The notes below the pieces were generated by a model. That model was given only the letters and a program-made list of their open reading frames with translations, was not told the origin of the DNA and made no database searches. The translations under genes were made by a program, and so were the position numbers. A stretch of DNA of 64,000 bases. Origin: the human T2T-CHM13v2.0 reference genome, Homo sapiens. Location of the stretch: the NCBI RefSeq assembly GCF_009914755.1, contig NC_060930.1; one strand, written 5' to 3'. This document shows, one piece after another, positions 16,911 to 32,623 of this stretch (positions are counted from its first letter, which is position 1; each line of letters starts with the position of its first letter).

Positions 16911-18241
16911 TTTTTGTAAACTTTTAAGTTCAGGGGTACATGTGCAGTTTGCTACATAGGTGAACTTGAGTCATGGGGGTTTGTTGCACAGATTATTTCA
17001 TCACTCAGACATTAAGCCTAATACTCAGTAGTTATTTTTCCTGATGCTCTCCCTTCTCCCACTCTCTACCCTCCAACAGGCCCGAGTATGTGTTGTTTCC
17101 CTCAATGTGTGCATGTGTTCTCATCATTCAGTTCCTGCTTGTAAGTGAGAACATGCGGTATTTGGTTTTCTGTTCCTGCATTCGTTTGCTAAGGATAATT
17201 GCCTCCAGCTCCATCCACGTTCCTGCAAAAGACATAGTCTCATTCTTTTGTTTTGGCCTCATAGTATTCCATGGTGTATATGTACCACATTTTCTGTATT
17301 ATTCCAGTCTACCACTGATGGGCATTTAGGTTGATTCCATATCTTTGCAATTGTGAGTAGTGCTGCAATGAATATACACATGCATGTGTCTTTATGACAG
17401 AATGATGTACATTCCTTTGGGTATATAACCAGTAATGGTATTGCTGGGTCAAATGGTAGTTCTGTTTTTAGGTCTTTGAGGAATGGCCACCCTGTTTTCC
17501 ACAATGGTTGAACTAATTTACACTCCTACCAACGGTGTATAAGTGTTCCTTTTTCTCCAAAACCTCACTAGCATCTGGTTTTTTGTATTGTTTTGTTTTG
17601 TTTTGTTTTAAATAAAAGCCATTCTGACTGGTGTGAGATGGTATCTTATTGTGGTTTTGATTTGTATTTCTCTAATGCTGAGTGATATTCAGCTTTTTTT
17701 CATATGCTTGTTGGCTGCATGCATGTTTGTCTTTTTTTGAAAAGTGTCTGTTCATGTCCTTTGCCCACTTTTCAATGGGGTTGTTTATATTTTTTTCTTG
17801 TAAATTTGTTTAATTTCCTAGATGCTGGATATTAGATCTTTGTCAGATGTATAGTTTGCAAAGATTTTCTCCCATTCTGTAGGTTATCTGTTTATTCTGT
17901 CGATAGTTTCTTTTGCTGTGCAGAAGCTCTTTAGTCTAATTAGATTCCATTTATCAATTTTTGCTTTGATTGTAATTAGTTTTAGCATTTTTGTCACGAA
18001 ATCTTTGCCCATACCTATGACAAGAATGGTATTGCCTAGGTTGTCTTCTGGGATTTTTATAGTTTTGGGCTTCACATTTAAGTCTTTAATCTAATTTACA
18101 TTAATTTTTGTATATGGTATAATAAAGGAGTCCAGTTTCAACCTTCTGCATATTTCTAGCCAGTTATCCCAGCACTATTTACTGAATATGAAGTCCTTTT
18201 CCCATTGCTTGTTTTTATCAACTTTGTCAAAGATCAGATGG
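16911..18241 (-). mobile_element. L1PA (older primate subfamily) 3' UTR and ORF2 C-terminus
   Basis: ttttaagttcaggggtacatgtgcag L1PA 3' end. Minus-strand ORFs MWKTGWPFLKDLKTELPFDPAIPLL and EDNLGNTIL...[22 protein letters not shown] are L1 ORF2. Confidence 0.92.
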
Positions 18242-19315
18242 CAGTGCAGAAACTTTTTAGTTTAGTTAAGTTTCATTTATTTATTTTTGTTTTTGTTGCA
18301 TTTGTTTTTGGAGTCTTAGTCACAAATTCTCTGCATAGGCCACTGTCCAGAAGAATTTTCCCTATATTATGCTCTAAAACTTTAAGGTTTTCAGGTCTTA
18401 GATTTAAGTCTTCAGTCCACCTTGAGTTAATTTTTGTATATGGTGAGAGACTAGGATCTAGTTTCACTCTTCTGCATGTGGCTCTCCAATTTTCTCAGCA
18501 CCATTTATTGAATAGAGTATTTTTTCCACAGTATATGTTTTTGTCTGCTTTGTTGAAGATCAGTTGGTTGTAGGTATTTGGCTTTATTTCTAGGTTCTCC
18601 GGTATGTTCCATTGGTCCATTATACCAGCACCATGCTGTTTTCGTTACCATCACCTTGTAGTATAATTTGAAGTCAGGTAATGTGATGCCTCTAGATTGG
18701 TTCTTTTTACTTAGGATTACTTTTTTTATTCAGGATCTTTTTTGGTTCCATGTGAATTTTAGGATTGTTTTTTCTAATTCTGTGAAAAATGACATTGGTA
18801 TTTTGATAGGAATTGCTTTGAATCTAGATCGCTTTGGGCAATATGGTTATTTTCACAATATTGCTTCTTCCAATCCATGAGCACGGGATGTTTTTCCTTT
18901 TGTTTGTGTCATCTACAATTTCCTTAATGAGAGTTTTGTAGTTCTCCTTATAGAGATTTTTTCACCTCCTTGGTTAAGCATATTCCTGAGTATTTTATTT
19001 CTTTTACAGCTTTTGTTAATGGGATTGACTTCTTGATTTGAGTCTCTGTTTCATTGTTATTGGTGTATAGAAGTGCTACAGATTTGTGTACACTGATTTT
19101 GTAACATGAGACTTTACTATTAATAAATTCATTTAGCAAATCTAGGAGTCTTTTGGAGCAGTCTTTAGAGTTTTCTAGGTATAAGATTATATCACTGGCA
19201 AACAGAGATTATTTGACTTTCACTCGTCCAATCTGGATGCCCTTTTTTTATTTCTCTTGTGTGACTGCTCTGGCTAGGCCTGCCAGTACTATGTTGAATA
19301 GAAGTAGTGAAAGTG
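18242..19315 (-). mobile_element. Second L1 ORF2 fragment (L1PB/L1MA-like)
   Basis: Minus-strand ORFs MKLDPSLSPYTKINSRW and KVSCYKISVHKSVALLYTNN are ORF2-derived. This piece restarts about 330 nt back in L1 coordinates relative to the adjacent L1PA. Confidence 0.88.
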
Positions 19316-19369
19316 TGTTGCTACTCTGCTACTCTTCTTTATTAATGATTTTAAGGGTATTAACCCTAC

Positions 19370-19478
19370 TTTTAGAATTAAGTTTCATAAGGGTAGGGAC
19401 CTATCTGTTTCTTCTCTCTATACTCAGTAACTAAAACAATGTCCACACACAGTAGGCATTCAATTAATACTTATTTTT
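19370..19478 (+). mobile_element. L2 3' end, the insertion target of the TTC22 retrocopy
   Basis: taagtttcataagggtagggacctatctgtt...cacacagtaggcattcaattaatactt matches the L2 3' terminal motif. Confidence 0.6.
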
Positions 19479-19497
19479 TAGAAATATTTTATTATTT

Positions 19498-19829
<332 letters not shown>

Positions 19830-20189
19830 CTATAATAATAACCACATCAACTACAGTGAAGGATTTCACTCTTGCCTCATACTTGCTGGCAAAATAATTA
19901 AGCCATTGAGACCAAGACTAGGAGCAGATTTGCCACTAGGTCATGTGAACTGTAGTAGAGTAAAGGAGGGGATGGGGGAACTCTTTAGCTCGCAGCAAAG
20001 TAAACTCAGAGCCCCAGGTCTGTGCTCCAAGCAAATGGGCTCTGTGGTGGTTTCAGAGGGCAGATCTGGGGCCAGTGCCAGAAGGTAGAGGGAGGTAGCT
20101 ATCACCTACATGTGTAACTTGCAGAGCTGAATGACTGCAGTGGACTGCCTCAAGAGACGGTTAGTTAATTAGAAAACATATCTAATAGT

Positions 20190-20650
20190 AGCAGTCAGCT
20201 ACTTATGAGCTCTTACTGTATGCTTGAAGCTGAGTTTATCATACAGAATCTAATTTAATTATCATAACAACTCTATTAGACATACTATCACCTCCAGTCT
20301 ACAGATGAAGAAACTGAGGCTCAAAATTTGGACAATAGTATTTTGCCAAAGGTCCCATAGCACATAAGTGGTGATGTGGGATTTGAACCAAGGCTGTCTG
20401 TGTTCAAAGCCAGAGCTCTGATCCACTATATTAAACAATCTCTACTGCCTTTCAGAAGCACCTCATATGTCCAAGGCACTGTGCTTCAGATGCTACCTCA
20501 CTGAGTCCACTGACAACATATTAAGGTGGATGTTATTGTCTACATCTTACAGATTTCGGAACTGAGGTTTGGAGGGATAAGTGGCTTGCTGCAAGTTCCA
20601 CAAGACAGAGAGGCCAGATTTCAACTCCAGTCAGTCTGACTCCACCCATG
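20190..20650 (-). mobile_element. Two MIR fragments inside the inferred retrocopy 3' region
   Basis: tacagatgaagaaactgaggctca...ggatttgaaccaaggc (about 20300-20400) and cttacagatttcggaactgaggtt...ccagatttcaactccag (about 20545-20640). Confidence 0.75.
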
Positions 20651-20734
20651 CCAATCCAGAAGAGGCTAGAGGCTCATTGACCAGGCATTCTAGAAGGGAT
20701 TCCTGCAGCGAGTGGAGGCTCCTTCATTCTTTCA

Positions 20735-21612
<878 letters not shown>

Positions 21613-21879
21613 TCAGAACGACTTGGGCTTCAATTAATATTTATTATTAAACACGTTACAAATAGTTTTTTTCCAATTTTTACATTACATTTTAACATTG
21701 TTAATTGGTACGTACTGAATTTATAGAAATTGTAAGTCAATGTGTTCTTTACACTTTTTAGTAAATATCTGTTTCTGAAAAACAGAAAAATCTCATTTCT
21801 GTTCTTAAGATTATTTGAGATTTTTACAATTTCAGTAGCATAACTAATGCTTCAGAGCCCTGGCTGGTGGAGGAGGGGT

Positions 21880-22215
21880 GAGTGAAGGAAGACATAGGCT
21901 TTAATTATAGGCTGGCACTTACAAGCTGGTCAAATTATTTCACCTCTCAGCCTGAGATTTCTTATCTGAATATTAGAGTATTAATTATTCCTGCTCAGAT
22001 AATCACTGTGAGAATTAAATAAATGAGAATCTTTGTAAAGTACTTAGTACAATATGCAGAATATGCAGTCTAGTAATAATGTTACCTTGGTTCTGATAAT
22101 AATGATGACAATAACTTCTCTAGATTTCAATCTTCTTCTGTAAAATGAAAATAATGATGCCTACCTCATGTGAATATTGCCTGGAACATATTAAACACTC
22201 AATAAGTGACAGTTA
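21880..22215 (+). mobile_element. MIR fragments
   Basis: caaattatttcacctctcagcctgagatttcttatctg...gtgagaattaaat...gtaaagtacttagtaca. Confidence 0.6.
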
Positions 22216-22261
22216 TAAAAAATAAAAATTAAAAATTACACAAAACAAGAGTGATTTTAGA

Positions 22262-22263
<2 letters not shown>

Positions 22264-22320
<57 letters not shown>
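22264..22320. repeat. Compound (TC)n(AC)n microsatellite
   Basis: Directly visible. Confidence 0.97.
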
Positions 22321-22323
<3 letters not shown>

Positions 22324-22579
22324 ATTCCGATATGCTTACATCCTTAGGAAAGATAATCGAGCCTTCTGATCCCTACCTCCTCTCCATTGAAGATGACTGT
22401 TTTAACATTTTTAAAAATAAAATCTACTAATCTTTCCCTTTGAAGGAATCTGCCTTTGAAGTCAAGCTAAAGAAGTCTATACTCATACTAAAATTTTTAA
22501 AAAAAAAAAACACTCATCAATCCTTTATTGTAGTTTTTTTTCAGTTAATTTCTAATTCAGATGGAATACATTATGGTAA

Positions 22580-24060
22580 AAATTATGAGGTTTCCAGTTG
22601 ATTAGCAAAGTGTCCCAAGTGTCTTTTTGTTGCTAATAGTACTTCAAACTTTATTAAATGATTTCCAAAGAACATTATATCATCATACATCTTCCACATT
22701 TAGTAAGTATATTTTAGGTATTTATTTTTGTGTTGTTATAAATAAGACTTTTAACTATTATATTTTGACTAATTATTGATATTTAAAATATTTTTGTGTA
22801 TTTAAAAGGTCTGTTGTCTTACCCATAACTTTTTAATAAATTACTTTTAATATTTTTTCAATTAATGGAAGCTTTCAAGTATGTAATTATATTACTTGCA
22901 AATTATAATCATATTTGCAACTTTTTGTCTAAAATAACTTTGACTTGAACTTCCATTACTTTGTTAAATAATAATGGAGATAAATATTCCTGATACTCTC
23001 CTCGGTGTCCTCCCATCAAGCGTGACATGGGCTGTTGGTTGGAAATAGATTTCCACCTCTCCCGCACAATAAAGAAATATGTTATATTTCTATGTTATTG
23101 AGAATTTTAATCAGATATAAATTTTAAATGTCATCTTTTTTTTGAAATCTATCAAGATCTTTCCTTTTCCCACCCATTTGTATAATAAGATGTATTTTCA
23201 TCTTGCTAATTGTATTAGTCCATTATCATACTACTAATAAAGACATACTGGAGACTGGGTAATTGATACAGGAAAGAGGTTTAATTGACTCACAGTTTTG
23301 TGTGGCTGAGGAGGCCTCAGGACATTACAATCATGGTGGAAGGCACCCCTTCACAGGGCGGCAGGAGAGAGAATGAGAGCCAAGTGAAGGGGGAAAACCC
23401 TTATGAAACCATCAGATCTTATGAGAACTCACTCACTATCATGAGAACAACATAGAGGAAATCACCTCCATGATTCAGTTATCTCCACGTGGTCCCGCCC
23501 TTGACATTTAGGGATTATTACAATTCAAGATGAGATTTGGGTGGGGACACAGAGCCAAACCATATCACTAACCAATGCTAATATTAAACAATACTCAATG
23601 GTACTGAAATATATCTCTTGTGGTGATTGGGTTTTTGTTGTTATATTGCAGAATTGTATTTTAAGATTTTTGCATCTACATTCAAAACTATATATTTTGT
23701 CAAATTTTTTTTATTATATACCAAACTCAAAAGTTTTTTCTTTATCTCTATATTCTTCATCTTCATTCTCTCTTTGTCAGGTTTTGGAATTAAGGTTATA
23801 ATTGCTTTCAAAAAATTGGAAGTTTCCTTTTCCTTTCTGTTCTGGAAGTGTGTACAAATAGCATGAGACTAATTGTTCTTTGTGGGTTTTAATGAACTTG
23901 GACAAAAATCTTTCTGAGCCTAATGCTATGTTTTCAAGATTGTTCTTTCAAAACTGTCATTTTGTTATATTATTAATTTGTAAAAGTTATTGTCTTTTTA
24001 AAGTAGAAAATTATTGTAATTTATATTTTTCTTAAAAATTATTCTTTCAGAATTTCAAAT
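22580..24060 (-). mobile_element. Highly degraded L1M interrupted by a THE1 LTR
   Basis: T-rich, with antisense ORF2-like motifs (ttttaagatttttgcatctacattca; gtcaggttttggaattaaggttat). Confidence 0.5.
23211..23567 (-). mobile_element. THE1 (THE1C-like) MaLR solo LTR
   Basis: Termini tgtattagtccatt...gagatttgggtggggacacagagccaaaccatatca. 5-bp TSD ctaat/ctaac. Confidence 0.92.
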
Positions 24061-24458
24061 GCAGTTAGAAAATAAAATATTAGTAGTGTGTATAGTTGTA
24101 ACTGGCTTTATTACACAAGGTTATACAAGAAAAGGGAAGAACACAAGCAAGAATTAGCACATTTGCAAGAGAAGGGATAGGGAATAAAGTCAGTCCAGAA
24201 ACTGGACTTAGAGGGATTGGAAATGCCAATGACTCATAGGTCCTAAACGAGAAGATGCAAAACTTTAAAAGCTTTTAAGTAAGAAAAGCTTGTGAATACT
24301 TAGCCTTGAGGAAAATACCATATTAAGATTGTGGCCTTTCTTCCTAAGTCTGGTGCCCTCAAGGAAGATGCTTTAAATTGAGAGAGAAAAAAAAAGGTAT
24401 GAGGGTAAGGAGAAAAGCAAGAATCTGAGCTCGATAATTATATCTAGAAACATGAATT

Positions 24459-25198
24459 TCATTAGCTTTCTATTGCTACGTCAGAAATTAACATAAATTT
24501 AGCAGCTTTGAACAAGGTTTGTCCCAGTTCCATAGACCAGAAGTGTAGCCAGATTATCTGCTCAGCTCTCACATGACTACAATTAAGATATTGGTCTCAT
24601 CTGAGGCTCAAGTTTCATTTCCCAAATCACTGGTTGTTGGCAGAATCAGCTCCTTGATGTTGGAAGACTGAGGTCCTCACTTCCTTACTGGCTGTCAGCT
24701 GGGGGTTGCTTTCAGCTCCTAGAGGATGCTCTCAGGTCCTTGCAGGTGGTTCCCTCCATCTGCAAAACCAGCAGTGGGGAATCCTCCCTATGTAGAATTT
24801 CTCTGACTTTAGAAAGGGCCCTTGAGGGACTCACCTGATTATGTCAGGCCCACCCTGAAAAATCTCCCTCTTTTCTCTTTTTAGAGACAGGGTCTTGCTC
24901 TGTCACCCAGGCTAGAGTACAGTGGTGTGATCTTCACTCACTGCAGCCCTGAACTCCTGGGCTCAAGTGATCCTCTTGCCTTGGCCTCCCAAAGTGCTGG
25001 GATTACAGGCATGAGCTACTACACCCAACATAATCTTCCTTTTGATTAACTCAAAAGTCAATTGATTAATAACCTAATCACGGAAATAATGCCTCATGAT
25101 ATTCACAGGTCTGCTTAAACTCAAGGAGGTGGCATTATATAAAGCATGCATGCCATGAGGCAGGAATCTTGAGGGCCATCTTAGAATTCTGCCTACCC
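24459..25198 (-). mobile_element. MLT1 (D/E-like) MaLR LTR interrupted by an Alu monomer
   Basis: attagctttctattgct...aaatttagcagcttt at the left and ggccatcttagaattctgcctacc at the right. Confidence 0.8.
24870..25029 (-). mobile_element. FRAM/FAM-like Alu monomer
   Basis: Single Alu arm of about 160 bp. Flanked by aatctccct / aatcttcct. Confidence 0.85.
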
Positions 25199-27340
25199 CT
25201 GGAGCTGACAGGAATAAATAAGTTAGAAACCTGCTAAGGTATGGAGAGAATTTTGTCTATGAAACAACAAAAATAAAACAAAAATTTAAAAATATGTTTT
25301 GAGACTCCTAATTTGCACAAGCAATAAATACTGGATGTCACAAGCCCAGGATCCAGAACCACACAGAAGATTATAGAGCCTCAGTCGACCTAGGTCTCCA
25401 AATGTTTGCATGGAGTAGGTGCCCAACCTTCCCACAACCCCTCCCAGGTCACTCTCCAGACTTAATGCACATGAGAGCTGAGTGTGTTGAGCCATGAGAT
25501 GTTTGATTTAGCGTTCCCAGGTGCTAGTATCACCATAAGCAAAACAATACTCTGTGGACAGTGAAGCGACTAAGTAGAAGGAGCTTCGGGTTCCCGGATG
25601 ACCCAGTGAAGTCAAGTTACATACCTTCACTGGACTGTCTTTCCTGTAGTGTTTAAGCCTTTAAATTCTTAGAACTCTCTTTCTTTTACAGTAGTTTTGC
25701 CTAATTTTTATAACTCTCTTTTGTAGTAGTCTTGTCTATACCCCAACTAATAAATACATTTTCTTCTAAATAACTTTTATAGTTTTGTATTTGTACCACT
25801 CATTCAGGAAATCTTAGGTACTACCTTTAACTTCTTATCTATATCTGCCTTGAATTGTTATTTACATCTTTTATTGTTAATTACTTTTCCAAATGTTTAT
25901 ACCTTTTCCCTCTAAAATTTTAAGTCCTGTAAAGAACAGAAACCATCTCATATATTTTTATATTACATGATCCTTAATACTGTTCCCTAGAAACAGATGA
26001 GTTCAGTATATGTAATTTTTGGCTACTCTAAAGCTCTTGTATTCTTTTCTAGTTGCTTATAATTCAAGTTTCTGTCTCCAAATATATAATATTTTCTTCT
26101 CTTGAAACAATGACATGAACAAAATATGTTATTAGTCTAAGTTTTAAAAACTGCATTTTTAGTTTTTTTTGGTGTATTTATGTTTTGATAATGGTATTCC
26201 TGCCTTTAATAGTGAATGTATTCAGAGCTTATCCAGCCACAATGGCAATATTTTATGAGCAAAGACAGTCTTAGATAAATCTCTAACAGAACCTCCCCAA
26301 TTATTTTGAAAATATTCCTTCCCAATCACTTAACAGGACTGTATTCCATAAGAGAGAATGCGACCTAGCAGTACTAGGAAGGATAAATTGATCTATCAGG
26401 ATAAAGGGCACATTTTTTATCCTCTCAAATGCGATGAAAACAAATTTACATTTACTCTATGAAGACTTCAGTTACATGAAATCAAATATTCAGTTGAAGT
26501 TTTTAAAAATTAATTTTATTTCACCATTGGGCATTACTTTCTGATTTCATGAAGGTGTTCTCCTTGATATCACATATGTAGACAGCTCCAAAGGACAGAA
26601 GACATGAGTTTGGAAACCAACCGAGATGTCTCCAGGTGGCTCAGGGTCCCCATCAAGGTGGAATCAAATGCACCACTCGCTCAGGCTGCTGACAGCCCCC
26701 ATCCATGAACTCTTTCAGGGTCCTTAATTTCAGGTTGGTTACAAAGACCAATAAAATGCTGCATTTTTATATATAAAATTTACTTTGAGCAAAGATCCTA
26801 AATTTATGAGGTATAATTTACTGAGATTATTGGATATAAATTACCTATGTAACAATGATTTAAGTAGAAAAAACAATAAATCATATTTTTAACTTCTCAC
26901 ATAACTTATTCTTTTATTATTATGCAATGCCAGTATATATTTTGCTTTAGTTTTCTGAGAAAACAAACAAACATTATTTAGCTGTAAAATTTGGTGGACA
27001 TGCTGAAACATAAATTGAGGTTTCATCTGGATGAATGAAAGGATTTTTGAATAATTATAACTGTTTTAATCAGTTGCTGCTTTCCAGCAAGTACTGATCA
27101 TATTTCAGTTGGGTGGGGTGGGAGGACTTATCTTTTTACCTATTACGTTATATAAGTTAATTCACTAAGTCAGTGTATTAACTGCATAAGGTTTATTTCC
27201 TCTAATAAGTACTAAAAGGCTTCAGTATTTAGTATTTTCTGGAATATGGATTTATTACACTCTTTTGGTTTTCTTTTTTTGTTTTACCATGTATATATTC
27301 GCACTGTTTTAGACTTTGATCTGAATGTTATTTCAAACTA

Positions 27341-27357
27341 TAGTGCCACCTAGTGTT
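27341..27357 (-). promoter_or_regulatory. Candidate CTCF site
   Basis: Reverse complement AACACTAGGTGGCACTA fits the CTCF core. Motif evidence only. Confidence 0.45.
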
Positions 27358-27899
27358 TATGCAATTTATCTGGGCCACCCTTTCTAAGAAATAAAGTGAT
27401 AAGAAGGATAAGTATTTTAAAATATGAAAGCAACATTATTTCCCAAATTTTTCATATCAATGGGTTCTAAGCAAACTAAACTTATGTCTTAAATAAAACC
27501 AACCTTCTACTTTTAACTAAAAAAAGCCAACCAGCTATTTTTAGTAAGCTTTCCCTAGGTCATGCTTAGTATTCTACAGACTTAACTGAAATGTTTGGAA
27601 TTCAGAGTGTCACACATTGTCAAGTTCCGAGTAGCTTGTTAGCAGACACAGTACTTAAAATCATAGACTGCTGGAACTGGAGTGTCTTAGCTGAATGGAG
27701 ATAAGGGACAATGGTGAATAATGAGCATCATTATAAGTATGCCACACTCTTGTTTTCTTTTCACCAGCTTCTTATTTGTTCACGTGATTTCAAATTCTGC
27801 AACCACATGTAACTATTCCAAAAGTCAAAGAGGAGAGATTTTAAATAAATAAAACACTTACCTGAAGATAAGATGTTATCTAAGAAAATAAGTGATCCT

Positions 27900-28230
<331 letters not shown>

Positions 28231-31139
28231 TGATCCTAAAGTTAATTCTTTACAGACATCAATCCTTTAGAAAGAGATACCAGAATATTTGCTCCTTCTT
28301 TTTTAGAAGAAAATGTATCACTTAGTTAGAACTGATGATGAACCTTCAGCTTAACTTTAGATGTCATCTAAACTAGAAAGATTATTTCAGAAACTTCTGA
28401 TTGTTGTTTTGGTAACTTCTCACCTTCTTTTTGGTTGATGGTTCTTGATATTGTTTCAGTTGGAACACTTTTGTCTCAAATGGTAGAAAACCCATACAAT
28501 CAGTTGCCTGTGTAATAAAAAACTTACAGGGCTGGTTTGATCATAACTTTGGCTATGTTTCTTCAAGTTCTCTTAGCTCTGCTCTCCTTCCTGTAGGTTT
28601 TGCCCTCCAGCTGGCTTTTCATAGCCTGATAATACAGTCAATCCATTACCCCTGCTGTTACTTCCTACTGAGGAAGGGAAAGCTTCTCCTTCCTTCCCCT
28701 TGAACAAAGCTCTAGGCAGGGCTTCACTCTAATTGGACAAATTAGATCATGTGTTTCATTCTGGGACCAGGTCAGGAGAATGGGATTATGCTAAATGGTT
28801 TAATACCATTAGCAGTTTTCCTTGGGGTACAACTGGTATGAATAGCAACAAAAACTCATGCCTGAGAGACTCAAGGTTCTGTTAAGAAGTGGGACAGTTA
28901 TATTTCATTCTTTTCTAGAAATGTGACAATCCTACTTAATTGTAGTCAGGTCATTAGTTCAATCATGGCTTATTCACTTTAGTAATTCCAAAACACAGGG
29001 CTTCATACAAAGTAGGTGTTTAATAAATGTATTTTTAAAGATAAATTAATGAGAAGTTACATGACGAATTAATAATGGCTTATTTGCTATGACTTAATCT
29101 TCTTGGTTTAGAAATGTCTTCCTAAAGCAATGGATTGAGAAAGTGGTCATATTTAAATGGAAGCAAAAATTATTTTGGTTATTTTTGCTATTGATTGTGA
29201 TAATAGCTACCATATGTTGTTATTACCCTATACAACTAAACTGAAAGTTGGAAACCTGATTCATGGAAGAAACTTTACCCTAAATATGGGGATTAAAGTA
29301 TAAGGAAGTGGAAGACAGCATAAAATGTTCATGTTATTACTTTTCAAAATTTGTTTCAGATGTCATCACAAGAAGTAAAAACAATAAATCTGGATATATT
29401 CATTGAAAGTATGTGACTAAAATCATGTTGATATCATCTTTTAGCTGAGTCAATGTTAACAAATAAAGTTGGAAACCTGAGACTTTTTAGGTTGCTAATG
29501 TAAGGTATTACTTTGCTGGCAAGCCACAGTGAATAAAACCAACCACATCTTTTAGTATAGTCCAAAGATATGTCACATAGAAGTAGCTTTATGTTAAGCC
29601 TAGCCCACAGTATCATACCGACCATGTCTTCAGAGATGAGATGTCCCCTGCATCAACTGTTCGCAATACTTTTTCCAGTGAGTCATCTGTTATAATTGAC
29701 TGCTGTAAATATGAAGGAAGTATACAACATGTAAAGCCCGGAGTTTAGTTTATTCAAGGAAGAGCTAGCCATCTATGTAGCTAGAACCCGAAAAGTAGTT
29801 TCCAGTTTTGTTCCTCAGACACCCAGAATTTGGCGTAGCTTCACAGACTGACATGATGAAGAGATTAATAGTGGACATGTTTCCACCTTTTTACCTCTTT
29901 TGTCTGTTTTATAAATTCAAATTTTGTATGTTGAGATTCTGCACCTAGTTTAAAAAAAAAAATACTTTGTGGCTAAAAAGTTTTGATGGTCACTGACATG
30001 CACTACAGTTGAGTACCCGTGCCTGGAGGGGAGAGCAGCAATAACTATGGTAAGGCGGTGAACATTTCAGTACCACAGGAATGCCGAGGTCTATACGTTA
30101 ACAAAACACTTAATGGAAAGAGTATTCTCAGTTCATCATCTGGATGGATTATTTGCCACTCTAATATTACCTGTATATGACTCTAAATTCTCAAGTAAAC
30201 ATATGGAATATTACATGATTTCTAAAACAAAAAGCCATCTGATGTTATATATCATTACAGATCTGCCAATGATTTCTGTGTGGGTCGATAGAACTTCTTG
30301 AAAGAGTTCAGCACATTGGGTCAGTGGCTCTCTGTGGCATTGTGACACAGGAGATTTAAGTTCTCCTTTAAAAAAATCTCTCCTAGTGACTTGTGACTAT
30401 TTTCAGAAATTCTCGTGTTAAAAATTCACTTTTCTGGATTAAGACATTGTCTTCTGTTAAAATGCAAATAATTCCACTCAGAAAATATAATGTTTTACAA
30501 AATACATATTCAAGTTTCAAAAATGAAATTAAGAAATATCTGCAATTAAATTCATTTTAGTGTATGAGTTCCTGCTTATCCTCAATAGCAAAAAATTGAA
30601 TCTTGCCAAATTGAAATAACTCTGTCACTTCTGATTTTAAATTTAATATTTTTTTGGGGGGACTCACTACTCAGCCATTCAAGATTCTTTCCCACCTTCT
30701 TCTTTCTCTGTAGAGAAATCTGGGTTTATGGAGGTTTATGTAAGGGAATTGTGGTGCATTTTCAAGGGTGCATATCTGGCTTATGGTACACCTGCTCTCT
30801 TATGCCTTCACTTGAGGTGTAACTTGTCCCACTAGATCTTGAACATTGACTTCACCTCATTCCATGTGCCACTGATGCTTGCAGTCCTGCTGTGACCTCC
30901 AGTTGCCTATTCCATGCATTTTGTGTACTTCTCAAGCCAATCACAGGCTCTTTAGTCTGTCAATCTTCTCAGACACTTCTCTGCCCTCTTGGGGACCGGG
31001 AACTTCTGACTGGCTTCCCCACAGTAAACTGAGGTGAGTAGGAATCCGGGTGGCTTCCCTCAGGCCTATGGCCTAGATGAGAGCTATAAAAAGTGCGCTA
31101 TGTAAACCCAGTCTTAGTATACAAATTATTTAAATTATT

Positions 31140-31503
31140 AGTTACTGACTCATTTGGATTGCTATAACATAATACCATAGTCTAGGCAGAAAGAAATAGC
31201 TAACACTTATTTCTTGTAGTTCTGGGGCTGCAAAGCCCAACACTGAGGTGCTGGCAGATTTGGTGTCTGCTGAGGGCACATTTCCTGATTCATATGTGGT
31301 GCTTTTTACTGTGTCCTCACATTGTGGAAGAGGCAAGGTAGTTTTTTGGGGCCTCTTTTACAAAGGCACTAATCCCATTCCTGAGGGCTCTGTCGTCATG
31401 ACCCAATCACCTACCCAAAGACTCCACCTCTTAATATCACCACCTTGAAGGTGAGGATTTCAACATAAAATTCTGGGGGGACATAAACACACAGAGCATC
31501 ACA
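31140..31503 (-). mobile_element. MLT1A-like MaLR LTR
   Basis: gctataacataataccatag...gtagttctggggctg...ggcactaatcccatt...aggatttcaacataaaattctggggggaca. Confidence 0.85.
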
Positions 31504-32292
31504 TTTGTTCCTGTGAAATTAAGTACAGAAATTGACAGTAAGAGTTTAGAACTTTCCGTAGTAATTTAACTTAGTAATTAAAACTTGAATTTAAATATTA
31601 AAGAGCTTGTTTTAAAACAATTCAGGAGTTTCATTTCATGTATATTGTCATTTATTTTATTATTTTTATAAAAAAAGTAACTTCCCCTTTACCACAGTAA
31701 GCTTAAGAAGCCCTGGTCTGGACTATTCCTTTTTCCTGCTCAGGCACCATGTTGGACCTGACATGGGGCTTCTCTGTGAAACATGTGTTGCCCCCAGCTT
31801 CATCCTCGGAAGTTGCATCTGCCCACCCTCAGCCAGGCAGTGAGTGCCACTGACTCGCTGAGAGAAAAACCACAGGCAAACCAAGAAAGTATGTAAAAAA
31901 AAACCTCAGTTAATGTCTGAAATTATTATCCACCTCATCATCTGTGATTTCCCTGGACAAAAATTACTGTAGAGAGGAAAAGAGCTACATAAACTTGAAA
32001 AGTCATTTTACCTCTAGGGAGCTTTATTTTCTCAATAACAGAAAGAGAATAAGCCCCATTTCATGGAATGTTGGAAGGGAAAACATAAGGAAACTTAACA
32101 CAGGGCCTGGCACAGAAATGTTAATTGCCTATAAGGTAAGTAGAGTTTCTAAAACATTTTGCATTTCAACAGTTTTCTATCCATGTATAAAACATAAACA
32201 TTTATTCATATAATCTTAATGTTATGGAGAATGTTGAAAGTTGATAAATTAATTATACAGGGCTATAGTTGTAAGAATCGTATTTATGTATA

Positions 32293-32623
32293 CAGTAGTC
32301 CCCTGTTAGCCATAGGGATATGTTCCAAGGTACCCAGCAGATGCTGGAAACCATAGACAATAATGAAAACTATATATACTATGATTTTTCCTATACATAC
32401 ATATTTATGATAAATTTTCATTTATAAATTAGGCTCAGTAAGAGATTAACAATAACTAATAATGAAATAGAATAATTATAACAATATACTGCAGCAACAG
32501 TTATGTGGCTATGATCTCTCTCTCTCTTTCCCTCTCTTTTTCAAAATCTTAATTTTTTTTTGCTGTGGTTGATCACTGGTAACTGAAACAGCAGAAAGTG
32601 AAACCTTGGATAAGGAGTGACTA
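32293..32623. mobile_element. MER44A-like Tigger-derived DNA transposon
   Basis: TA followed by cagtagtcccc terminus. Opposite end gaaagtgaaaccttggataaggagtgacta. Length about 330 bp. Confidence 0.82.
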
